From: a virus
Taxonomy: Duplodnaviria; Caudoviricetes
DNA: 38,191 nucleotides
IMG/VR virus record: IMGVR_UViG_3300028197_000054
Location: 1-38,191 of that record
Direction: 5' to 3' (one strand)
In this document: positions 1 to 8,865 of the stretch, piece after piece
How the letters are laid out: each line of letters starts with the position of its first letter
How positions within the stretch are numbered: position 1 is the first letter of the stretch
The notes under the pieces: generated by a model
Database searches by the model: none
What the model saw: the letters and a program-made list of their open reading frames with translations, nothing else
What the model was told of the DNA's origin: nothing
Program-made: the position numbers and the translations under genes

Positions 1-2
1 AC

Positions 3-428
3 TTTGATCTTCCAATAGTTACTGTTGAAACTAAGACATGTGATACACAGGAAGAACTAGACGAACTGTATTCTCAATATACAGAAGATGGTTACGAAGG
101 ACAGATGGTTCGTAACAATACAGTCTACGAAAACAAAAGAAGTAAGAACTTACTGAAAAGAAAAGAGTTCATTACAGAAGAGTTTGATGTTGTAGAAGTA
201 TTAGAAGGCTCAGGTAATTGGGCAGGATATGCTAAACACTTTGTTCTTACAGACGGAACAGAAACATTTAAGAGTGGAGTAAGAGGACAGCAAGCAATAT
301 TAAAAGAGTTACTTGAACAGGAAGTAAAACCTACTTGGGTTACTTGTAGATACTTTGAAAGATCAGTAGATAATATTCCTAGATTCCCGGTTGTAATTGA
401 CTGGGGTGTAGGAGAAAGAAATGACTAA
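3..428 (+). CDS. gp30: ATP-dependent DNA ligase, C-terminal part (5' truncated by window edge)
   Basis: The frame is open from nt 3. It contains ligase motif IV (EDGYEGQMVR), motif V (KRSKNLLKRK) and the OB-domain motif VI (IPRFPV). Confidence 0.9.
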   Translation, partial: FDLPIVTVETKTCDTQEELDELYSQYTEDGYEGQMVRNNTVYENKRSKNLLKRKEFITEEFDVVEVLEGSGNWAGYAKHFVLTDGTETFKSGVRGQQAILKELLEQEVKPTWVTCRYFERSVDNIPRFPVVIDWGVGERND

Positions 429-927
429 AGATAGATTGATGTTATCATGGTATGAGAAACGAGCTACAGCAAATAAAACCATCAAAAAGTTTTTAATAGA
501 CCATATTAAAAAATATAGTAAGGAAGAGTACGATCTCACCGCAAAAGTAGACAATTTGAATTATCTCAACTATGAAGATTTATTGGAACTAGCTATAGCG
601 GTGACAAATAAAAACATAAAAATTACTCTTGGTGCTGGAAAAGATTTTGATAATGGGTGGGATGCAAAGATGTATAGTGTAAGAACACATAGCAGTGGAA
701 AGGCCTATTCAGCCGCACCACATTGTGCTAGTAAAGAAAAACTAGCGATGTGTGTTTTTGAACCTATCCAAGAAAACTTTTTCTTTTTTGCTATTAATGA
801 TCTTGATAACAAGAAATATGTTAGTATTCCTTTTGAATTAAATGGTGACCCAAAAAGAGAAAATAAATGGTGGTCTTATGAAAAGGAAAGTTTAAGCCAT
901 ATGGTAAGTGCATTTAATCAAACTTAG
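421..927 (+). CDS. Hypothetical protein, possibly PD-(D/E)XK nuclease-like
   Basis: 168-aa ORF with SD GGAG, overlapping the ligase stop. The pattern E...KDFDNGWDAK is weakly nuclease-like. Confidence 0.6.
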   Translation: MTKDRLMLSWYEKRATANKTIKKFLIDHIKKYSKEEYDLTAKVDNLNYLNYEDLLELAIAVTNKNIKITLGAGKDFDNGWDAKMYSVRTHSSGKAYSAAPHCASKEKLAMCVFEPIQENFFFFAINDLDNKKYVSIPFELNGDPKRENKWWSYEKESLSHMVSAFNQT

Positions 928-1138
928 AAAATCTTAGTCTTACAAGAGCTTTTCTTACAATAGCAATACCAGTTAATCCTAAGAAGTTAATAAACGCAGC
1001 CATCTCAGCCGAGGTGCCTGCGTAATCAATGCAAGTCTTAATAATGAATACACTTAACGGAAACATTATTACTGCTCCTATTGCTGTATCAACTGTTGCT
1101 TCGTGCAGTGCTTTCTTTAATGCTTTATTTTGTGCCAA
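914..1138 (-). CDS. Small membrane protein with two hydrophobic helices
   Basis: Probable TTG start at 1138 overlapping the upstream stop (the ORF track starts it at 1180). Hydrophobic segments AIGAVIMFPLSVFII and AAFINFLGLTGIAIV, then a basic C-terminus. Confidence 0.6.
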   Translation of the reverse strand: MAQNKALKKALHEATVDTAIGAVIMFPLSVFIIKTCIDYAGTSAEMAAFINFLGLTGIAIVRKALVRLRFSKFD

Positions 1139-1793
1139 TTGCCATGAACCTATCGAAATGTACCTTGCCGTTCCAATCATAATAGAATTGTTTTGTCTTA
1201 CCTGAGTATGAGGTATCTACTAGGCCTGCATTTTCTATTAAAGCTTTTTCACTATCAACACAATTTATACCATACATCTCTTCTATAACATTAGAATTCT
1301 GTACGGCAAATATAGCATGTTTGTTAGCAGTTCTTAAATCTTTTAATGGATACATCTGTTCTGCTCCCATTGTAATAACTATATCAACCTTAAGTTGATT
1401 TAACTCATCAAAGGCAAACGGAATATCCATGTTCCAATGATTTATTTTTATGAACTCTTCGGTGATATAATGCTTATTAAACACCTTAGAGAGCTCTAAA
1501 GCTTCTTTATCGATGTCAACTAGGTGCAATTCACCTACGGACAAGTTCTCACATAAGAGTGGAACTAAAGGAACTCCTAACCAGCTGTTTAATACAAGAA
1601 TGTTAAACTGCTCGTCTTTCATATAATCATCTAGGCTATTCTTTAGTTCTTCTACTAACCAAATAGCACCTTCCATTGTATTAGGATTAAGAGCTTGTCT
1701 AAAGTCATCATGTTTATGTTTCATTTCATGTTCGACTTTAGCGAGGCCTTCTCCCCAATGTTGCATACTGTTTAAAAAATTAAAATTTAACAT
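1125..1793 (-). CDS. Class I SAM-dependent methyltransferase-fold protein with a degenerate Gly motif
   Basis: ILVLNSWLG (motif I-like), LHLVDIDKEAL (acidic residue after strand 2), DIVITMGAEQM and a C-terminal RFMAIG. The likely start is ATG at 1793, overlapping the upstream stop (ORF track start 1850). Confidence 0.65.
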   Translation of the reverse strand: MLNFNFLNSMQHWGEGLAKVEHEMKHKHDDFRQALNPNTMEGAIWLVEELKNSLDDYMKDEQFNILVLNSWLGVPLVPLLCENLSVGELHLVDIDKEALELSKVFNKHYITEEFIKINHWNMDIPFAFDELNQLKVDIVITMGAEQMYPLKDLRTANKHAIFAVQNSNVIEEMYGINCVDSEKALIENAGLVDTSYSGKTKQFYYDWNGKVHFDRFMAIGTK

Positions 1794-2460
1794 CTTCTTT
1801 TCTTCCCATTGAATCAAATAAACAGACATATGGTATTTGTCTGAATACATGTTTTTCTATATCATGTGGATAAATATAGCCTTGGTTATAACTATAAAAC
1901 CACCCCAGTGGAAAATATTTAATTCTTGCTACACCCTTGTGCATAAAGAAATTATCTATTCCCCTGTAGTACCATAAGATTTTTTCTATGTGTGTTTTAA
2001 AATAAAGAGTAATATTTTCTTTATCTAATTTGTCGTTCCATCTCAATACACTAGAGTTTAAGTCTGTATATTTATGAGGAACATGTTCTGTTTCTTTCTT
2101 TTGTGTTTCCATATCATGCCAATGTGTCTGTCCAAAACATAAACAGTCTTCAGGATCAAAGTTTACTATGTCATCTATGTTCTTTTGTATAATAACATCT
2201 AAGTCTAAAAATAAATTCTCACCTGATTGTCTTACAACATTATCATCAAACAAGTACATCTTATTCCACCACTTCTCTAATTTGTTTTCTTTAGGAAACG
2301 GTATAACTTTTATATCTTCATTAAGTCCATTTGAATTTTCTGTTAAACAATGAAATGTAAATGTATCAGATATAGACTCTAAACAAGATTCATATATCTT
2401 ATTAACATGTTGAGCAGAATATTTACTACCCCACTTTACTGTATAAATGTTTATCGCCAA
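1780..2460 (-). CDS. GT-A (nucleotide-diphospho-sugar) glycosyltransferase, paralogue 4
   Basis: VKWGSKY, WWNKMYLF, DxD motif FLDLDVII, NSSVLRW, GIDNF, YSYN. Confidence 0.8.
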   Translation of the reverse strand: MAINIYTVKWGSKYSAQHVNKIYESCLESISDTFTFHCLTENSNGLNEDIKVIPFPKENKLEKWWNKMYLFDDNVVRQSGENLFLDLDVIIQKNIDDIVNFDPEDCLCFGQTHWHDMETQKKETEHVPHKYTDLNSSVLRWNDKLDKENITLYFKTHIEKILWYYRGIDNFFMHKGVARIKYFPLGWFYSYNQGYIYPHDIEKHVFRQIPYVCLFDSMGRKEDVKF

Positions 2461-3266
2461 TGGTTTAATAACTCCGGATCTACCAATTCACCTTGTTTCA
2501 CATGCCCTCTACCTTCAGTCATTTGTTTAGGTAGTAGGTCAATATTAAAGACACAGAGTATTGGTGTTTCCCTATATATTTCTGTGGTTAGATCATCATC
2601 TTCCCAGCTACGGCCTCGGTTATACGAGTACGCATAGTCTGAAGGAAAGTGATCCCATAATTTTTTACCCCAATCTCCCCATCGCCAGGAGTGGTAGTTA
2701 TCTGTTCCGTCTGTATATGTAAACCAAATCTTTTCTTGGTTCTCTAATACATCATGCCATATACATTCTGCTTGATCGTCGGACCATACTTGACAACTGC
2801 CATTAGTATATGCTCCGTGTGCTAATTTAAATCTACGAGTCTTCATAGGTCTAGGATCTTGCCACCAAGATTTTAATTTGGTTGGTCTTTCCATGTTGTA
2901 GGTAATTAAAGGTTCTATATCATTTTGTATGATAACATCTAAGTCAAAGAATATAAAACGACCTGTAGGTTTATCTTCTGCAAAGTTATGAGTATTGAAT
3001 ACAAATGTCTTAGGCCTATCCCAACATCTTGCCATACCATATTTAAAGTCGTCTTTCTGAAACCAATACTTAGGGTGTATGTTAGGAATGTCTGGAAACT
3101 CTATGACTTTCACATCATCATCTAAACCTTCAGCATCATCTGTATAACAATAGAAATGGAAATCATGTTTAGAATTACAATTTCTCTTTGCCATATTTTT
3201 TAATTTGTTTACAAACTGAGGACCATATCTTGTGCCCCACTTAGAACAAACGATATTAACTCTCAT
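2451..3266 (-). CDS. GT-A glycosyltransferase, paralogue 3
   Basis: SKWGTRY, CYTDD, CWDRPK, FFDLDVII, NGSCQVW, GTDNYH, YSYNRG. Confidence 0.8.
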   Translation of the reverse strand: MRVNIVCSKWGTRYGPQFVNKLKNMAKRNCNSKHDFHFYCYTDDAEGLDDDVKVIEFPDIPNIHPKYWFQKDDFKYGMARCWDRPKTFVFNTHNFAEDKPTGRFIFFDLDVIIQNDIEPLITYNMERPTKLKSWWQDPRPMKTRRFKLAHGAYTNGSCQVWSDDQAECIWHDVLENQEKIWFTYTDGTDNYHSWRWGDWGKKLWDHFPSDYAYSYNRGRSWEDDDLTTEIYRETPILCVFNIDLLPKQMTEGRGHVKQGELVDPELLNHWR

Positions 3267-3477
3267 AATCTCTTCTCGCTCTAGCTATAACATAGTCATC
3301 TGCATAGGCCTTTCCGTTCTCTGCCAATGTAGTTACCACTTCGATACATTTATCTTCGAAGTCTTTTATATCTATGTGAATTATTAGTGTTGAAAAATTA
3401 GAATTTTTGACTATATCAATATATTCATCACCGAGAAAATGCCCTTCTATCACCGTACCTTCATTTACTTTTAACAT
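3256..3477 (-). CDS. Small hypothetical protein
   Basis: 73-aa ORF overlapping both neighbours in a tightly packed operon. Confidence 0.6.
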   Translation of the reverse strand: MLKVNEGTVIEGHFLGDEYIDIVKNSNFSTLIIHIDIKDFEDKCIEVVTTLAENGKAYADDYVIARARRDYES

Positions 3478-4961
3478 ATTCCATCCTGTTCATTATGTAT
3501 TATTATTGGATTTAACTTTAATAAATTATTAAAATATCCTTTAAAGAAATCATTAGTAAATATTTCTTCTAATGTATAATTACTAATATTATTCTTATCC
3601 CAACTGTATAACAATTCTGTTTTGTGTTCTGGAGAATTGTTTGCAGTTATTAAATTCAATGCCACATGCTTACAAGGAAACACATTTCCTGTTGAGCTTA
3701 AATAAAATTGATTTTTTACTTTGCCTTCACACTTAACATGTGGTGAGAATTTTATTGTTCTCTCTTTATATATGTCATCTTTTTTTCGTGTCTGTAGAGT
3801 CTCTAATTCTATAAGTTTATAGTCTGGCATGTCTGGTTTATCTATCTTTTGTATTACAGTTTCCTCTTTAGGAACTTGATTGTCATATATAAAACCATAA
3901 AACTTATATCTCTCTGATAGTTCTTTGGCTTTCTGTATATCAGAGTCTAATTGATTTGTATGTATGTAATTCCAAAACACTCTACACCCTGATTCTATTA
4001 AAGCCTTAGCATTTTCTAATATTCTTTTATCTGGATTACTAGTATTAATATTAAATGTAATATTACCCGCTTCGAGGAACATTACTCCTAAGTTCTTCCA
4101 CCAAATAGTTTCATTAGATTTGCCATCTGTAGTTATATCACAACCACCTATACCCCACCTAGACATAAAGAAGTGAGCCATATCAAATAGTTCAGGGTTT
4201 AGTGTAGGGTCTGTATTTGTTCCTTTAAAATGTATTCTTTTTATTTTAGATTTTTCTATAAAGTCTTTTGTAAATGTATCCTCTATATTTTCTAGAGTTA
4301 GATAATCATCACCATCAATAGGATTAATTTCTACTCTTTCAGGTAAGTATGGATATAGATCTGTTTCTTTATTGTACATCATACCTAATTGTTCTTCAGT
4401 AAAATCCTCATACCAAAAAGGTAATGCAACAATATTCTCATCTGTTTTTTCTGGATATGTAGCTGTACTATCTTTTAGAAAAGGTAATGTACCTTCTTCT
4501 ATTAAAAACTTCTCACTAAAAATATCATAGTTATATAATAGATCGTCTTCATTTTCGTCCCATTCTTTTAATATGGCCTCCACTTTATCATTACGGTATA
4601 CAAAATAACCTAGGTTACCGTCCTGAAGTCGAATTTTCTTATTGCTCTTATAAATGTCTATGTCCTGTATGTTGTTAATAATACAATTAGGCGTTATAAA
4701 CAATGTATGTCCACCGGGTTTGGTGTGTTGCATTATATCAATCTCAAGCCAATCTGTTCCATACTTAGGCACATAGAATGTTATTCCATCTATATAGCCT
4801 TCTTTCTTTTGTGTAGATTCCAGCAGTTTATACTCATCTTCATTAACAAAGACGTAAAAATCAAAAGGATTTACGCACAGTTTCTTGACCTGCGTATATA
4901 ATGCGTTTATTTGTACTTGACTGTAATTATTGTCTAGCTGATTTGCTATAATTGTTACCAT
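3471..4961 (-). CDS. Fusion of a degenerate GT-A domain and a degenerate radical-SAM/SPASM-like domain
   Basis: The N-terminus parallels the neighbouring GTs (YSQVQINALY..FDFYVFVNED; TLFITPNCII replaces FLDLDVII). The C-terminal half has radical-SAM-like segments (IHFKGTNTDPTLNPEL, ITTDG, WWKNLG, ITFNIN) and a SPASM-like C..FYLSSTGNVFPC, but no CxxxCxxC. Confidence 0.6.
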   Translation of the reverse strand: MVTIIANQLDNNYSQVQINALYTQVKKLCVNPFDFYVFVNEDEYKLLESTQKKEGYIDGITFYVPKYGTDWLEIDIMQHTKPGGHTLFITPNCIINNIQDIDIYKSNKKIRLQDGNLGYFVYRNDKVEAILKEWDENEDDLLYNYDIFSEKFLIEEGTLPFLKDSTATYPEKTDENIVALPFWYEDFTEEQLGMMYNKETDLYPYLPERVEINPIDGDDYLTLENIEDTFTKDFIEKSKIKRIHFKGTNTDPTLNPELFDMAHFFMSRWGIGGCDITTDGKSNETIWWKNLGVMFLEAGNITFNINTSNPDKRILENAKALIESGCRVFWNYIHTNQLDSDIQKAKELSERYKFYGFIYDNQVPKEETVIQKIDKPDMPDYKLIELETLQTRKKDDIYKERTIKFSPHVKCEGKVKNQFYLSSTGNVFPCKHVALNLITANNSPEHKTELLYSWDKNNISNYTLEEIFTNDFFKGYFNNLLKLNPIIIHNEQDGIC

Positions 4962-5703
4962 GCCATAATCTCAATAAGTTCTCATCTTGTAATTCATCTA
5001 TTTTTATTTGTTTATTCTCAGACTTTAATACGTCTACATTAAATAAACAAAATTTACATTCTTCTCTGTATTTATGCCTTTCCAAATCCTCTGGAAATTG
5101 CATTCCTCTATTATAAGAGTACACCCAATCGAAAGGCATGTTACTCCAAAAGTCTCTTTGACGCCAGTAATGATAGTTATCTGTTCCTTTCCAGAATGTT
5201 TTAAATATCATTTCATCTTCTGATATAGCCTCCCAAAAGATATGTTCACATTGATCTCTGTTCCATAACATTACACTAGAGTTATAAAATGTTCCTCGAA
5301 CATCTATAAACTTTCTATCATGTTTATGTTTAGGGTTTTGCCATCTACTATGTATTATTCTAGGCTTCAATGCTAGTTCATATATATCTGTTATATCTGT
5401 TTGGATTATTACATCTAGATCTAGATAACACCACTTACCTTCGAAGCCTAAAAAGTTATGAGAATTAAATACTAAAAACTTAGCTCTATCCCAACAATAG
5501 TTTTCTTTACCAAACCAAAACTTAGGGTGCAAAGGTTCAACATCAGGTATATCTCTAGCATCACAATTTAATCCTGCGTCATCATCTGTATAACAGGTGA
5601 ATGTAAAATCATCGTGGTAATGTTCCTGTACCATACGATACAGATTGTTTACATACTCAGGTGAGTATTTAGTCCCCCACTTGATGCATACAAAATTCAT
5701 CAT
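4927..5703 (-). CDS. GT-A glycosyltransferase, paralogue 2
   Basis: CIKWGTKY, CYTDD, CWDRAK, YLDLDVII, NSSVMLW, GTDNYH, YSYNRG. The start is probably at 5703 or 5700. Confidence 0.8.
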   Translation of the reverse strand: MMNFVCIKWGTKYSPEYVNNLYRMVQEHYHDDFTFTCYTDDDAGLNCDARDIPDVEPLHPKFWFGKENYCWDRAKFLVFNSHNFLGFEGKWCYLDLDVIIQTDITDIYELALKPRIIHSRWQNPKHKHDRKFIDVRGTFYNSSVMLWNRDQCEHIFWEAISEDEMIFKTFWKGTDNYHYWRQRDFWSNMPFDWVYSYNRGMQFPEDLERHKYREECKFCLFNVDVLKSENKQIKIDELQDENLLRLWHGNNYSKSARQ

Positions 5704-6331
5704 ATTCTTTCTCAATCTCCGGGTGTCTATCCAAGCCGTTTAATAAACATATAGGATACTCTGGTCTGTATTTTCTTCCTGAATACAAATAGGAGTATAC
5801 CTCATTATGTGGTAAGTGTTCAAATGTAAATCCCTCATGGTAAAGAAATGTATCATCACCATTAGGATACTTAACTATATATTCGTCTAGATTCTCGTTA
5901 TAATGCTCCCAGATATGCGTAGCATCTTTCCATAACATTACACTAGAGTTATAATTACTTAAAGGAAACCCTGGCTGGTGAGGAAAATCATGTATATCTA
6001 ATTGTTTATCACCTTTATCTTTCCACCATGTGTATATTATGACAGGATTATCTGTACAATAGTCAAACAAATGATCTATATTACTTTGTATTCTTATATC
6101 TAAGTCTAAATATAGTATTGTACCCATGTCTTTTAACTGGAATAACTTTAATTTTTCCATATTACCCTCGGGTTCATGTTCTATATAAATAATCCCGATA
6201 GCAGGATGTAATCCTTTAGGGTCATCCGTAACGCAAACATAATTATACTTGCCTTCGGTATGTTCATAGATAGAATTAACAGCATCTGAGCTGTATTTCT
6301 CACCATATTTTAATGTTAAAATAGTTTTCAT
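5669..6331 (-). CDS. GT-A glycosyltransferase, paralogue 1
   Basis: LKYGEKY, CVTDD, YLDLDIRI, NSSVMLW, GDDTFL, YSY. Start is ATG 6331 or GTG 6340. Confidence 0.8.
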   Translation of the reverse strand: MKTILTLKYGEKYSSDAVNSIYEHTEGKYNYVCVTDDPKGLHPAIGIIYIEHEPEGNMEKLKLFQLKDMGTILYLDLDIRIQSNIDHLFDYCTDNPVIIYTWWKDKGDKQLDIHDFPHQPGFPLSNYNSSVMLWKDATHIWEHYNENLDEYIVKYPNGDDTFLYHEGFTFEHLPHNEVYSYLYSGRKYRPEYPICLLNGLDRHPEIEKEYDEFCMHQVGD

Positions 6332-6342
6332 TGTAATCACTT

Positions 6343-6356
6343 TTATTTATAAATAA
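6343..6356. promoter_or_regulatory. Bidirectional T4-type late (gp55) promoter
   Basis: Perfect palindrome TTATTTATAAATAA carrying TATAAATA on + (6348-6355) and on - (6351-6344), located in the divergent intergenic gap. Confidence 0.75.
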
Positions 6357-6388
6357 GACTATACACGATATTTTAGAGATAGGAATTA

Positions 6389-6718
6389 ATGGCAACCATT
6401 TCAAATGTAGTAATAGATCAAGGCACCACATTTTCGTTGGAGTTAAACCTCACGAACGATGATGCCAGCGCTAAAGATTTAACTAATTATACAGTAACTT
6501 CACAGATGAGAAAATCTTATGAAGCAACAACTTCTACTGCATTTACTACGGCGAAAGTTAATTCTACAGGTAAGATAACAATTTCTTTAACAGCAGTAGA
6601 AACAGCAGCTGTTAAAGCAGGAAGATATGTTTATGATATTGAGATAGCCTCAAGCTCAGAAACATTAAGAGTTTTAGAGGGAATAGTTACGGTAACACCA
6701 AATGTTACACGAGCATAG
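6389..6718 (+). CDS. Virion structural protein (BppU-like beta-sandwich adaptor)
   Basis: IDQGTTFS, ITISLTAVETAAVKAGRYVYDIEI and RVLEGIVTVTPNVT are typical of small structural proteins in T4-like aquatic phages. SD AGGA. Confidence 0.7.
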   Translation: MATISNVVIDQGTTFSLELNLTNDDASAKDLTNYTVTSQMRKSYEATTSTAFTTAKVNSTGKITISLTAVETAAVKAGRYVYDIEIASSSETLRVLEGIVTVTPNVTRA

Positions 6719-6728
6719 GAGATAAAAG

Positions 6729-6986
6729 ATGGCAGTTAATGTAAACGCTACACAAAATCCAGTATCGGTATCCGTATCGACAGGAAGTACAAGAGTAGTT
6801 ACAACTACCACATCTCAAAGCCAAATTGCTACTTCAACGACCATAGATAATTTGTCTGGTATTGATACCAGCGCAAAACAAAATGGTTATACTCTCGTTT
6901 ATGATGGAACCAGTGGTAAATGGGAAGCAGCTCCAGCATCTTCTGTAGCAGCATCCATTACCTCTATTGATGGTGGCACTTTTTAG
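6729..6986 (+). CDS. Small virion/fibre-associated protein
   Basis: S/T-rich, contains NGYTLVYDGTSGKWEA and ends in IDGGTF. SD AGGAG. Confidence 0.65.
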   Translation: MAVNVNATQNPVSVSVSTGSTRVVTTTTSQSQIATSTTIDNLSGIDTSAKQNGYTLVYDGTSGKWEAAPASSVAASITSIDGGTF

Positions 6987-7045
6987 TATGATATAAAGCT
7001 TTATATTATAAAAATTTAAAAGACATTTAAACTAGGAGAAAATAA

Positions 7046-8440
7046 ATGGCAACAACAATTCAAATTAAAAGATCTACAGGATCAGCGGCTCCAGCAGCCT
7101 CCGATTTAATAGAAGGTGAATTGGCTTATGCTGAAGATAGATCCGGTTCTGGTGCCTCTGCTAAGTTATATGTTTCATCTATAGATTCAGGTGGTAACGA
7201 AGCTATCCAAGCAATTGGTGGTAAGTACTACACAGATCTAGTCGACGCAGCGACGAATGCTAATACAGCATCGACAATCGTCAAAAGAGATGGCTCAGGT
7301 AACATTATAGTAGGCGCAGTAACAGGAAATCTAACTGGAGACGTAACAGGTAGCATTGCAGGCGCAACAGCTAACATGACGGGTTTAGTTACTTTTGGAT
7401 CACTTACTGATGGCACAATTACAGCCACAGCATTCGTTGATGAAGATAACATGGCATCAGATAGTGCTACACTTATCCCAACTCAACAATCAGTTAAAGC
7501 CTATGTAGATGCTCAAGCACACATGACAGACGTCGGCATTGCCGGTGACTCTGGTACTGGAGCAATTACAGATGCAGAAACATTCACCCTTGCAGGTGGA
7601 ACAGGCCTTACAACAGCAGTATCAGGTAACACAGTTACCACAACTCTAGATAACACAGCGGTATCAGCAGGATCATATGGTTCAGCAAGTACTATTCCTG
7701 TTATCACAGTTGATGCTCAAGGTAGACTTACAGCAGTATCAACAGCAGCTACTAGCTCAGCATTAACAATCGGTGGAGACTCCGGTTCTGATGATGTTGT
7801 AACAGTAGGTACTGACACACTTAATTTTGTGGGTACAGCAAACGAAATCGAAACAACAGTTTCAAATAATCAAATACAAATCGGTTTACCAGACGATGTA
7901 ACAATTGGCGGAAACGCTACTGTTTCAGGTAACTTAACTGTATCAGGTACTACAACAACTGTTAACTCTACAACACTATCCGTAGCAGATCCTTTGGTCT
8001 CATTAGCTACAGGCAATAATACATCTGATGTCGTTGACATTGGTTTGTATGGTTTGTTTGACACTAGTGGTTCACAAGACTTGCACGGTGGTATTTTTAG
8101 GGACGCTAACGATTCCGGTAAATGGAAAATATTTAAGGACTTACAAGAAGCACCTACAACTACTGTTAATACCAGTGGTACAGGTTATGCAGTAGGTACT
8201 TTAGTAGCAAACATTGAATCATCTTCAGCAACTATCACAGGCGGTACTATAACTGGTATCACTGATTTAGTAGTAGCAGATGGTGGTACTGGTGTTGGTT
8301 CATTCACAAGCAAAGGTATTTTGTTTGGTAATGGAACAGGCGTATTACAAGTCACAGCAGCAGGTTCAGAAGGACAAGTTCTTCAAGCAGGCTCAGGCGG
8401 AACACCAGAATTCGGTGGTGTAGACGGCGGTACTTACTAA
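7046..8440 (+). CDS. Tail/neck fibre protein
   Basis: N-terminal IQIKRS...EGELAY. G/T/S/A-rich fibre repeats (GSYGSASTIPVITVDAQGR, GNLTVSGTTTTVNST, VADGGTG). C-terminal VDGGTY. Confidence 0.75.
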   Translation: MATTIQIKRSTGSAAPAASDLIEGELAYAEDRSGSGASAKLYVSSIDSGGNEAIQAIGGKYYTDLVDAATNANTASTIVKRDGSGNIIVGAVTGNLTGDVTGSIAGATANMTGLVTFGSLTDGTITATAFVDEDNMASDSATLIPTQQSVKAYVDAQAHMTDVGIAGDSGTGAITDAETFTLAGGTGLTTAVSGNTVTTTLDNTAVSAGSYGSASTIPVITVDAQGRLTAVSTAATSSALTIGGDSGSDDVVTVGTDTLNFVGTANEIETTVSNNQIQIGLPDDVTIGGNATVSGNLTVSGTTTTVNSTTLSVADPLVSLATGNNTSDVVDIGLYGLFDTSGSQDLHGGIFRDANDSGKWKIFKDLQEAPTTTVNTSGTGYAVGTLVANIESSSATITGGTITGITDLVVADGGTGVGSFTSKGILFGNGTGVLQVTAAGSEGQVLQAGSGGTPEFGGVDGGTY

Positions 8441-8460
8441 CCATATTATAGGAAACTGAA

Positions 8461-8862
8461 ATGGACGAACAACTACTTAATGAATATATTAACAACTTGG
8501 CTCAGCAGGTTAATACCCTGACTCAAGAAAACATTTTACTTAAAACTAGACTTAGTCTTTTAGAGAAACGGGAACAAGAGAGGTTGGCGATAGAGGAACA
8601 GAAGGCAATTAAAACTTCACCGGCACCAGAGAGTAATTACTCTCAACCGCCAGAGGAGATAAAAGAACCTGCACCGGAGCCACAAGCGGCACCAGTACAG
8701 GAACAAAAAATGCCAGAAGTATCACCAGAACCTAAACCTTCACCTAGACAACAGGAGAAGATGATAAGGGCACCAAGACCCAAAGGATATAATCCTTCAG
8801 TTGATGGCCCTAGACCTCTAATCCCTGATCCTAAAAACGAGTCGCAAAATACAGAGGACTAA
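8461..8862 (+). CDS. Coiled-coil plus Pro/Glu-rich protein, possibly a fibre assembly chaperone
   Basis: Heptad-like N-terminus (LAQQVNTLTQENILLKTRL) and a low-complexity P/E/Q tail. It lies within the fibre module. Confidence 0.6.
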   Translation: MDEQLLNEYINNLAQQVNTLTQENILLKTRLSLLEKREQERLAIEEQKAIKTSPAPESNYSQPPEEIKEPAPEPQAAPVQEQKMPEVSPEPKPSPRQQEKMIRAPRPKGYNPSVDGPRPLIPDPKNESQNTED

Positions 8863-8865
8863 TAA

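Noticed and set aside
6184-6191. Plus-strand TATAAATA inside the first GT gene
   Set aside because: It is intragenic in AT-rich DNA, and the intergenic box at 6348 already explains the downstream genes.
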